64,000 bases of DNA. Origin: Heteronotia binoei. Its lineage: Eukaryota. This document shows, piece by piece, positions 25,809 to 34,859 of this stretch (position 1 is its first letter; the number at the start of each line of letters is the position of its first letter). The stretch is from NCBI RefSeq assembly GCF_032191835.1, contig NC_083223.1, forward strand, positions 56,482,001 to 56,546,000, given 5' to 3'. A program made the position numbers and the translations under genes. The notes below the pieces were generated by a model, which was given only the letters and a program-made list of their open reading frames with translations, was not told where the DNA came from and did not search any database.

Positions 25809-26737
25809 CAGAGCCGGCGGGTTCATTAGGCAACATTTGGCAACTGCCTCAGGTGCCGGCTCTTCGGGGGCACATTGTTTCTGCTTCCTGAGGGGTTGGA
25901 GAAATTTTCTGGCCCCTCAGCAAGCAGAAACAAAGTGGGGCTTAACTTTCAGTCACCTGAGACTGAAAGTGCTGCTTTGTTTCTGCTTGCTGAGGCGTTG
26001 GAGAAATCTTCCAACCCGTTAGCAAGCAGAAACAATGCACTGGGCGCCCGGGATGGAAAGTGCCCCCTTGTTTCTGCTTGCTGAGGGATTGGTGAAATCT
26101 TCCACCCCCTTAGCAAGCAGAAACAAGGTGCCGGCGCTTACCATGAAGGTGCCGCTTGGCTTCTTTCAACCCGAAAGTGGCCTGTTGTCTTTTAAAAACT
26201 ATGCTTTTGGGAGGCTTCCAAGGAAGCCTAAAAAGAGTGTAGTGCAGGGGGAAAGTGGCGGCACAGCAGCACTCTTGTGCGCCACCTGCCGCTCTCTAGT
26301 TTCCCTTATGATGAGCATGAAAAAAACCGAAGGGCAGGCAGACATGGGCCAGCAGCTGTGGGAGGAGTGCGACTTGCGCTGATGGCTCGGCGCGCACCCA
26401 GTGCAAGGCCAGGACAAAGGCGGCCTCTTCCTTGGGCAGGCACAGCACGTCATCACGCAGGTAGGAGACGAGGCAGGCCAGCAGCAGCCACTCTAGCTGC
26501 ACACCCAGCCCATCAGAGCCAGCGGTGGCGTGGCGCAGAATGCTGTGGTGGGCGGCGATGGCGAGCGGTGCACACTTGAAGGTCCCAGTGAAGTCTTGCA
26601 TCTCAAGCGCCATGGCCCGCTCCAGGCACAACACCAGCCAGTCCATGCGCTTGTGGAAAAAAACCCAAAAGGGAGCTGGAAGGGGGGTGCGGTGCAGGGG
26701 TCTGCCTCTAGCAGCAGAACCCTTAGTGCTGGCCCTG
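25809..26737. mobile_element. 929-bp non-autonomous hAT (Tip100-like) carrying a captured gene fragment (Pack-hAT candidate)
   Basis: Perfect 8-bp TSD GCCATTCA (25801-25808, 26738-26745). TIRs CAGAGCCGGCG / CAGGGCCAGCA (8/11; all differences are transitions). Confidence 0.85.
26329..26655 (-). pseudogene. KLHL21: KLHL21 coding fragment (end of BTB and BACK domain), 109 codons without a stop
   Basis: ALEMQDFTGTFKCAPLAIAAHHSILRH...QLEWLLLACLVSYLRDDVLCLPKEEAAFVLALHWVRAEP...PQLLAHVCLPF aligns to recalled human KLHL21 CLDMQDFAEAFSCSGLASAAQRFILRH...QLERLPLARLLRYLRDDGLCVPKEEAAYQLALRWVRADP...PQLLEAVRLPF. Third codon positions are GC-rich. Confidence 0.85.
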
Positions 26738-27066
26738 GCCATTCATTGGAAGGAAGAGAGGCTTGTCTCAGTAGCTCTGCAGAGTGATTAATTGAGCCTG
26801 CGAACTTAAATCACCCAGCAGAGCTATAGAGCCAAGTTCCCTCATTGGCTGAGGCTGCTCCTCCCTCCTGCTCTCTTTGGGAAAAGGGAGGGGGGAGAGG
26901 GAAAGGCTGCTTTGTTGCTCTCGCTTATCTATGAAGAAACACAAAATGGCAACTGAAAAAAGCAGGCAAAGGAAAATGAAGCAGACAACAGCCAGTTGCT
27001 GGAGGGCCTGATTGGAGCCCTCTGCGGGCCTGATCTGGCCCCCAGGCCATATGTTTGACACCCCTG

Positions 27067-27175
27067 GTATAGTGGTTAACGTTTCAGACTAGGATCTCAA
27101 GGCCCCATTGTGTCCTGGAAATTCACTGGGTGATGCTGGGCCAATTACACATTCTCAGCCTAATTTACTTCACTG
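27067..27175 (+). mobile_element. tRNA-SINE 5' fragment abutting the hAT right end
   Basis: gtatagtggttaacgtttcagactaggatc head followed by the cactgggtga..ctgggcca core. Confidence 0.6.
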
Positions 27176-27962
27176 ACAGGGGCAGATAACTTTTTGATAA
27201 TCAAATGATAGTGTCAAACATTCCAGTAAGACTTTTACTCAGAGATGAGCCAGTTTCTCATTCCCATGTCTCCGTGTGCTTGTTTATAATCCAGGAGACA
27301 TTGCATCTTCGTCCTTAAAGAAGCACTCATAAGATCCAGTGGGGTATTAACCTCTCCAAAGGCCTCGTCTCACCTCTTATTCACACTTGCCAGGAAAATA
27401 GACATTCTGTTGAAAACTTATTGTTCCAACATAATCTCAGGTGGAGGGAGCATTTTCTCCAGTTGAAACACAAATCCTCCTGACACTGTTATAAAGGACA
27501 CCTGTCTTGTGCAGTGCCGAAGGCAACTATATTTTGAAAACAAGGCATGATCGAATCTTTGATGAATGAGCCTTGTTACACAGGAAGTGTAACATGCTCC
27601 TGTGCTTTTTCAGCAATAGGTAGTAAATGAAATCTAAGTGGAATTTTATCTCTGTCAGCCTAGATGCTTTCCACTTAGGTTAGTGTTTGTATTGATTCAT
27701 GAAAAGAAGGGTAATTACTGCCTTCAAATAACAGAGAATTTGTGGGGGAATTAGCATGTTGTATTGTTCTAATGTGACCTCCTTTCAGCTAAAATTTGAT
27801 GCCAAATCTAAATTGTCACCACGGAGCTTTGCTACAAGTATAATTTCCAGTCTAAAGAGCCATATGGCTTCTAAGAGTTATACAGTTCTTTCAGAGACAA
27901 TTCAATCAAATAGCAGGTTGGATGCAACCAGCTTTTTGACTGGTGAAAATGGATACATTGAC

Positions 27963-28160
27963 ATATGAAGCTGCCTTATACTGAATCAGACCCTTGTTCC
28001 ACCAAAGTCAGTATTATCTCCTCAGACCAGCAGCGGTTCTCCAGGGTCTCAGGCTGAGGTCTTTCATATCAACCTCCTACATGACCCTTTGAACTGGAGA
28101 TGCCTGGGATTGAACCTGGGACCTTCTGCATGCCAAGCAGAAGCTCTGCCAGTGAGTTAC
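27963..28160 (-). mobile_element. tRNA-derived SINE, same family as 19469
   Basis: B box GGTTCAATCC on the minus strand and a CATATG tail. Confidence 0.85.
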
Positions 28161-28793
28161 AGAACGGGTTTCTTTCAGCCACCAACAATGTCCATGAGAT
28201 CTTTATGGACAAAATCCATATGGGATGGTGCACTTAAGGAAGGGAATTAGGCAAGACTGAATGGAAAAACTGGCTGGATATAACTCATAAACTGAACATT
28301 TAGCAGACTTCTGCTAAATGCTATATGAATCCAAGTTCAAGAGTGATCTTTCATACACCAGCACAACAATGAACTTTCATTGCACGAGACCAGAGCTCAA
28401 TCATGGCCAGCATTCTATCTCATGCATTGGTCAACTAGTTCCTCTGGAGGTCCAACAGCAAGATGTAGAAGCCATGATCTTCCCCAAATGTCTAAATATA
28501 AGCATAGTAAATTCTACAAATTGCCAGTCTCCAAAACACTCTTTATAGTACTCAAGATTATCAAAGAACAAATTGACTTGTGAAACTGTCACACAGGAAA
28601 CTTGATCCATGTTGTATTGTTTTGCTGACAATTAAAACTCAAAGCATTGCTTGAATCCTCACTAACAGAGAGAAATATCCTCGCTATTTCTTGATAACTA
28701 AGTTTTACTGATCCATACAGAGTTATAACCTTCTAAACTCATTATTTTAAATGGATTTAGAAATGTGTAACTTCATTTAAAATTGCACTGTAA

Positions 28794-29079
28794 GGGCGTT
28801 TTCGCACTCACCTTCAGCCGGCGCGACCCCCCTCTTCACCGCGCAGGATCTGCGCGGATTTCGCACTAAACGCCACGGAGCAGCCGGAAGAGCCGGAAAC
28901 TCCCGGCGCAAAAGCCGCTCAAACGGAAACTGCCAAAAAGCAGTTTCCGTTTGAGTGGCTTTTGCGCCGGGAGTTTCCGGCTCTTCCAGCTGCTCCGCGG
29001 CGTTTAGTGCGAAATCCGCGCAGATCCTGCGCGGTGAAGAGGGGGGTCGCGCCGGCTGAAGGTGAGTGCGAAAACGGCC
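28794..29079. mobile_element. 286-bp near-perfect fold-back MITE (PIF/Harbinger-like)
   Basis: Two 140-bp arms with 4 mismatches and a 6-nt loop CAAAAA. Flanks are TAA and AAA. Confidence 0.88.
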
Positions 29080-30360
29080 AAAGTGAATTAAAAGAGACCT
29101 GTGTAAACTTAAGATGCCATTAATTTAGGGTTTCGGAGGTGTTTCCCCCTCTAAATTTTACTTGTATGATAACCTAAGGAATCATCCCAATAATGGCTTC
29201 CTGACAAGGAAGAAAACACGACAGCCTGCAGGTGAGGGGTGTAATGTTTGAATGCTTCCCGATGTAAATATACTTTTTTTAAAACAAAAATTAAAACTAG
29301 GAATAAGGATCTACAAAGAGGCTCTGGGTGAATGCCCCTTGCTATCTTCCCACGCACCCAGGTAAGGGCATTCACCTTCCCCAACACACACACCTCATGG
29401 GAAGCTGATCTCTGTCATCTGGAGAGCAGTTGTAATTCTGATTGATCTCCAGCCCTCCCATGGAGATTGGCAACAGTGGTTCCTCAGGAGGAAATGGCTG
29501 ATTTGGAGGGTGGTGTCTAGGGCATTGTACCTGAGGTCCCACCCCTCCTCAAACCCTACTCACTTCAGGCTCCATCCCTCAAATCTCCAGGAATCTGCTA
29601 ACCTGGAATTGGCAACTGCTAAGTCACATTGGCTGTCATAGGGGGGCTGCTACTGAACAGGAGCAAGCAGCCAGGCCTAGTTAAGTCATGCCAGTCAGGT
29701 GGCATCAAGTCATGCAGGGGGTACTATTAGGTCTAGGGTAGCCAACCTCCAGGTGGTACATGAAGATCTTCTGGGGGGCATTCAGAAATGTGAATCCAAG
29801 CTGCAAACTGAAATTATGTATCTGTTGATGTTGTTCAGTTACACAGTCGATTCTGACTCTGTGGCATTATACTCAGCTGAGGGCAACATCAGTTGTCTAG
29901 CAACAACCTCTGGCTAGCAGCTTCCCCAGTGAGGAGGAGGGAGGGAGTGACAGAAAAGAGGCTGCCGTTGTGGCCTCTGAGGAAATGCTTTGTGAGGCCA
30001 CCGTAGAGCAGCAGCCCTTTCTGAGGTGAGTTGATGGAGAGGACACAGAGGAGTATCTGAGATGTGTCTGTCTCTGAGGTAAGACTGTTTTGGTAGTTTG
30101 TTCAGTGTTCCTGGGCCTACAGTACATGGGGGATAGGAGAGTCAGCCAATGGGAACCCAGAGGTGGTGACTGACACATGATGGGCCAGTTATTTGTTTGA
30201 CTGACACATGATGGGCCAGTTATTTTATATATATGAGGTCTATAATAGTAATATTATAGACCTCCTTTGCTATACTAGAATTATACTTGCTGCGGATTTT
30301 TTTTTCTGTAGGAGGGCATTCAGAAATGTGAATCCAAGCTGCAATCTGAAATTATGTATC

Positions 30361-30813
30361 TGTTGATGATGTTCAGTCACACAGTCGATTCTGACTCTTT
30401 GTGACCCCATGGACAAAGTCACGCCAGGCCCTCCTGTCTTCCACCATCCTCCTAAGTCTGCTCAGATTTGTGTTAGTTACATCAGTAATGCTGTCCAGCC
30501 ATCTCATCTTTTGCCGTCTCCTTCTTTTTTTGCCTTCTGTCTTTCCTAGCATCAGAATCTTTTCCAGTGAGTGCTCCCTTCTCATTTGGTAGCCAAAGTA
30601 TTTGAGCTTCAGCATCTGACCTTCCAGGGAACAGTCAGGGTTGATTTTCCTTAGGACTGACTGATTTGATCTTCTTGTAGTCCAAGAGACTCTCAAGATT
30701 CTTCTCCAGCACCACAGCTCGAAAGCATCTATTCTTCTGTGCTCGCCCTTCCTTATGGTTCAACTGTCACAGCCATACATTACTACTGGGAATACCATCG
30801 CTTTGACTATATA
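30361..30813 (-). mobile_element. RTE-BovB LINE 3' end
   Basis: Minus ORF ...LEGQMLKLKYFG...SLEKILMLGKTEGKKRRRRQKMRWLDSIT...WRDFVHGVTKSQ and a CAA-type tail. Confidence 0.92.
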
Positions 30814-31309
30814 TCTATCTGTAGGACTCTGCAACCTCATTCCATTCCATATGTGGACCAGGCCCCCAGATCAGGTTTTTAGAGTATGATTCAAAATTAC
30901 TCACTCCAGCAAAGTCCCACTGATTGCAGTGGGGCTATACCAAAATGTATTTGTTTAGATATTTATTATACTGCTCTTCTCCTCAATAGAGACATGCTTT
31001 TCTCAAGCTGCTTACAACATCATTCCCTCCTATTCCTTTTCATCCACACAACAGCTCTACAAGAAAGTGACTAGCCCATGACAGAAACTGGCAAGAGCAG
31101 GGAAGGGGCTGCTGCTAAGACAGCAAGCTCCGCCCCTTCCATAATCACAGGCTCAAACAGTCCTGCTTATCTTCCTCTCTTCCTCACAGCAAAACAAATG
31201 AGTTCCTCTGGCCTAACATCCAATGCTGCTGGCTGGTTGGAACAAATAATTTAAGAGCCACATAGAATAAATGTCAGATGTTTGAGAACCACAAGAGATG
31301 AATGTCAGA

Positions 31310-31467
31310 NNNNNNNNNNNNNNNNNNNNNNNNNNNNNNNNNNNNNNNNNNNNNNNNNNNNNNNNNNNNNNNNNNNNNNNNNNNNNNNNNNNNNNNNNNN
31401 NNNNNNNNNNNNNNNNNNNNNNNNNNNNNNNNNNNNNNNNNNNNNNNNNNNNNNNNNNNNNNNNNNN
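31310..31467. other. Assembly gap (N run)
   Basis: Run of N. Confidence 1.
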
Positions 31468-31839
31468 AAGCTGCCAGCCAATTGGGCAGTGGGGGGCTTC
31501 AAGATCCACACAGTATGTGTAAAAGAGCCACATGTGACCACCCCTGACTTGGACTGAGATAGGGAACAATAGACTGCCGAGCATGTAGTAGGTAGGATCA
31601 TCTCGGAATTAATGGAAGAGTGATGAGGGGAAAATGGACTCTTTGTAATTTAGGGAAAGTTGAGTTGGACAAATGTGGAGTTCTGTTTTAGAGTTCAGGC
31701 AACTTACTGGTTAGTATCCTGGATAAGTAGTGGGGAGAAATTTACTGCACATTTTTATGAAAAGCTTAAGGAATCTACCAAGTGGTAAAATTCCCTTTAG
31801 TCCAGGGAAGAAGGAGATGGTACCGGTTAGTAAGGCTGA

Positions 31840-32290
31840 ATGAAGTCCTGGTGGATACAGTGCTCCGTACTTTTGACAGGGAGACATAATATTTGACTCT
31901 ATAAGGAGTCTAGATGTCATGTTGGATTCTGCCGTTGTGTTGGAAAAATAGATTAAAGTAGTGACCAAAAGCACATTTGGTCATCTCTCATAGAAATTGG
32001 CCCCATTTGGACTCGGCTGACTTGTATGCACTGATTACACTGGTTTAAAATGTATTATGCTGGCTGCCTATATATTTCCAAGGCTGAGACTCTCACATCT
32101 GCAAGATGGCATCTCTCAATATTCTCCAGTGCATTGCTTTTTTGTCACTCAGATCAAGGTTTGTGTAATGTGTCGGCACAGAAGCATATTCAGTCATTGT
32201 GTACTGAATGCAGAATGTTTTCTGCAGTGACTCCTGTATTCTGGAATGGCCTTCTTGGATGTATCATTGTAGACATCCTGATGCCATTGT
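31840..32290 (+). mobile_element. Highly degraded L2 fragment
   Basis: LDSAVVLEK*IKVVTKSTFGHL resembles the L2 LDSSLSMEAQV...SAFFHL segment. Confidence 0.5.
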
Positions 32291-33987
32291 GAGGCAGAGT
32301 TATTCAGAAGAATGTCCCTAATAGATGGGTAGTTGTTCTGAGCTAGCAACTTCTCAGCCAAAGCTTCGTCCAATTTATTTCTAAGGTCACCATTTTTTCT
32401 TTTTTCTAGCATGGTTCCTATATACACAGGTGAAAAGGCTGAAGAAAGTACAAGTGTTGGATTTCTGCTTCTCTTCATGCTGCTCTAGAAATCCAGGATA
32501 CTTGTCATAAAATTGGCACTTCAAGTTGTTATTTTCTTTCTTTTCCTTGTAAAGATTTTTGTGCTTGTATATCTGTTTCTGATAACTTTGTTCTCACATA
32601 ACTCCCATATGTCCTTTTTAATGTTTTAATTATTCCTAATAATAGTTTTAACATTGTGCAGGAGACCATCATTATATCAATGGGAAGCATTAAGATCAGA
32701 AGCAAAGTGGATGGTTTTTATGAATGACAATTGATATTTATTTAATAAGCTTTTAAAACTGTTGCTGTTCAGACTCTCTCTCTCTCTCTCTCTCTGGAAC
32801 AAACAATACATTATGCTGCAGGAATGTTTAATGACATCCCCACAGCCCCTTCCCTTTGCCAAACATGCACCTGGTGCTTTGTTATGCAACAGAGAAAAGG
32901 AATTCTGAACTCTTCTGCAGCCCATTTCACCCTCACGTGTTTTACCTCATAAAACAGATTTGGAACCCCTCCCACCCTGGCCTAAAAGAGCTAGGAGTTG
33001 GCAGAAATTCAGAGATAAATGGGGAGGAAAAAGAAAGGCCCAAAATTCCTTTCCTCCTCCTTCCTTCACTCCTTCATTTCCCTCCCCCACCTCTGCAAAT
33101 GAGAAAAGGCGATGGGGACTTCATTACATACAGCTGCAGTGTAAGGTGTAGTTTGCCCCTGAGAGGCTTGGAACAGTAGCAGTTTGGAAAAACCTTGTAA
33201 ATAAATATCTATAGTCCCATAGCAACCTCTAAGATGCTAAAGTTGCAGTTTTTTTCCTCAGTAAGATTCTTCCAGTGCGTTGCATTTGGCCCTGCTAGTC
33301 TGCACAAAGCGTGAGAATGCCATCCCCTTTTCACTAGGAGGCGAACTAATTTTTAACAGAATTTTTAAAAGTATCACAGTTCTTTCACCAGTTTTCTTTC
33401 TCTCACACAAATAACATTGACATGATTTTCTTAACTATTTCCTCTGACACAAATTTTAATTTATGGGAGTCCTGTTGGCATTTAGTCCAGACCTTACAAA
33501 ATTACTTTCATGTCACAGTTCTTTTACAATTGATCTGAAATTGGTTTTTGTCACTGCAGAGTCCTTGTCAACTTTGACCAGGAATGTGCTTATGTTCCCT
33601 TGTCAGGAAGCACCAGTCAATGATTATCTATGTACACAGTCCAGATTTTTGACCCTCCCTCTCTATGCGTAAACTGATTCATGTAAATTCTTTGCCAACT
33701 CCTTTTTCTTTTCTTTACTGTGCCTAGGGCTTCTAATTGGAGAACAAAAAGACATTCCTAGTCACTGTTTCTGTTTGAAATAAAATGAACCTGTTGCTAT
33801 GGCTACAGTTCTCCATATGACAGAGGATTTATGCTGATTGTAAGGTTTATAGATAACTATACTTTGTAACTCCTTCCCTTTTTTTTAGTCGCATAATCTG
33901 TCTTTTACCATTTGCCACCTCCCATGAATCACAATGTGACTTGTTATTAATCATGTTTTCTCTCCTCTTTCTTGATTCTCTTCATAG

Positions 33988-34337
33988 CTGTAACATACAC
34001 AAGTTACAAAAAAACGCCACCGCCTGTACCCCCTCGTACCACCTCTAAGCCACTTATCTCAGTTACAGCACAGAGCAGCACAGAATCAACGCAGGACGCC
34101 TATCATGATAGCCGAACTCAGAGGATTTCCCCATGGCCTCAAGATGGGCGAGGGATGTACAACTCTACAGACAGTTTGGATAGTAACAAGGCCATGAACC
34201 TTGCCATGGAAACTGCAGCTGCCCAGCGCCATGTGTCTGAGAGCCATAGTACCTCAGCGCGAACCAGCGACAAGGCCATCCTAGTGACAAAAGCTGAGGA
34301 GTTCCTTAAGAGTCGGCGTTCCTCTATAGGGATTCAG
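33988..34337 (+). CDS. DLGAP2: DLGAP2 coding exon (AVTYTSYKKTPPPVPPRTTSKPLISVTAQSSTESTQDAY...KSRRSSIGIQ)
   Basis: Acceptor ttctcttcatag|CT completes the phase-1 codon G+CT (Ala). Contains the SAPAP motif KKTPPPVPPRTT. Donor CAG|gtagcc, phase 0. Confidence 0.96.
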
Positions 34338-34859
34338 GTAGCCTGTCATTAACATCTGTTCTATGATGAGTTATTTGCCTCGGTTCTGTAAATAGCACTA
34401 AATGAGTCATTTGGCTTCAGTGGCTCTTCATAACCTGACAAACAGTCCCTGTCTGCTTAGCATTAATTTGAATTCACATCATGGCAATGTAGCCAGGCAG
34501 AAAAGTGTTCAGCTAACATGCAATACATGGAAATAAAACAAATGAATATATCTTCAGGATATTTTTGGGCAGGTTACCTGTCTTTAATGTTCACTATGAC
34601 AATTATACTGCATGGGCACTGTTGTATGATCTGTTCACTTCTCTGTTTTTCTGAGAATTCACAGTTCTTCACATAGGGTCCTGCTGCCAGTAATATTATT
34701 CAGTATAGTCCGGTGGTTCTCAAACTGGGGTTGAGGCCTCAAAAGTGCATTACTACTCTCTCATCAAATGGGGAGGGAAGGGCAAGGCCAGAAGTTGACA
34801 GAAAGACAGAGTAAAATGTCCTTCTAAGCTCATTGACATCAGTGGACATCAAAGTGGAC

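Larger units (their letters stand above)
25650..27066. mobile_element. Host hAT (Charlie-like CAGGGGTGTCAAAC family), interrupted by the Pack element; left TIR not found
   Basis: 25730-25808 and 26746-27066 match internal and right-end sequence of the copies at 52140 and 2046. Right TIR GTTTGACACCCCTG ends at 27066. Confidence 0.8.

Noticed and set aside
25875-26126. CRISPR array (palindromic repeats with unique spacers)
   Set aside because: Vertebrate intron, 59-bp repeats, only three units, no cas genes, and it lies inside a TIR/TSD-bounded transposon.
26296-26742. Functional nested KLHL21 gene or paralog
   Set aside because: Only about 109 codons are homologous, with no Kelch repeats or BTB N-terminus. 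Conserved Arg codons show CpG decay, and the ORF start and stop come from transposon sequence.
28794-29079. Canonical pre-miRNA or structured ncRNA gene
   Set aside because: The arms are far longer and more perfect than a pre-miRNA; TIR-like ends and TAA/AAA flanks indicate a MITE.
32194-32600. Minus-strand ORF MLEKRKNGDLRNKLDEALAEK... as a gene fragment
   Set aside because: No confident family match; it adjoins degraded LINE sequence and is interrupted by stops.
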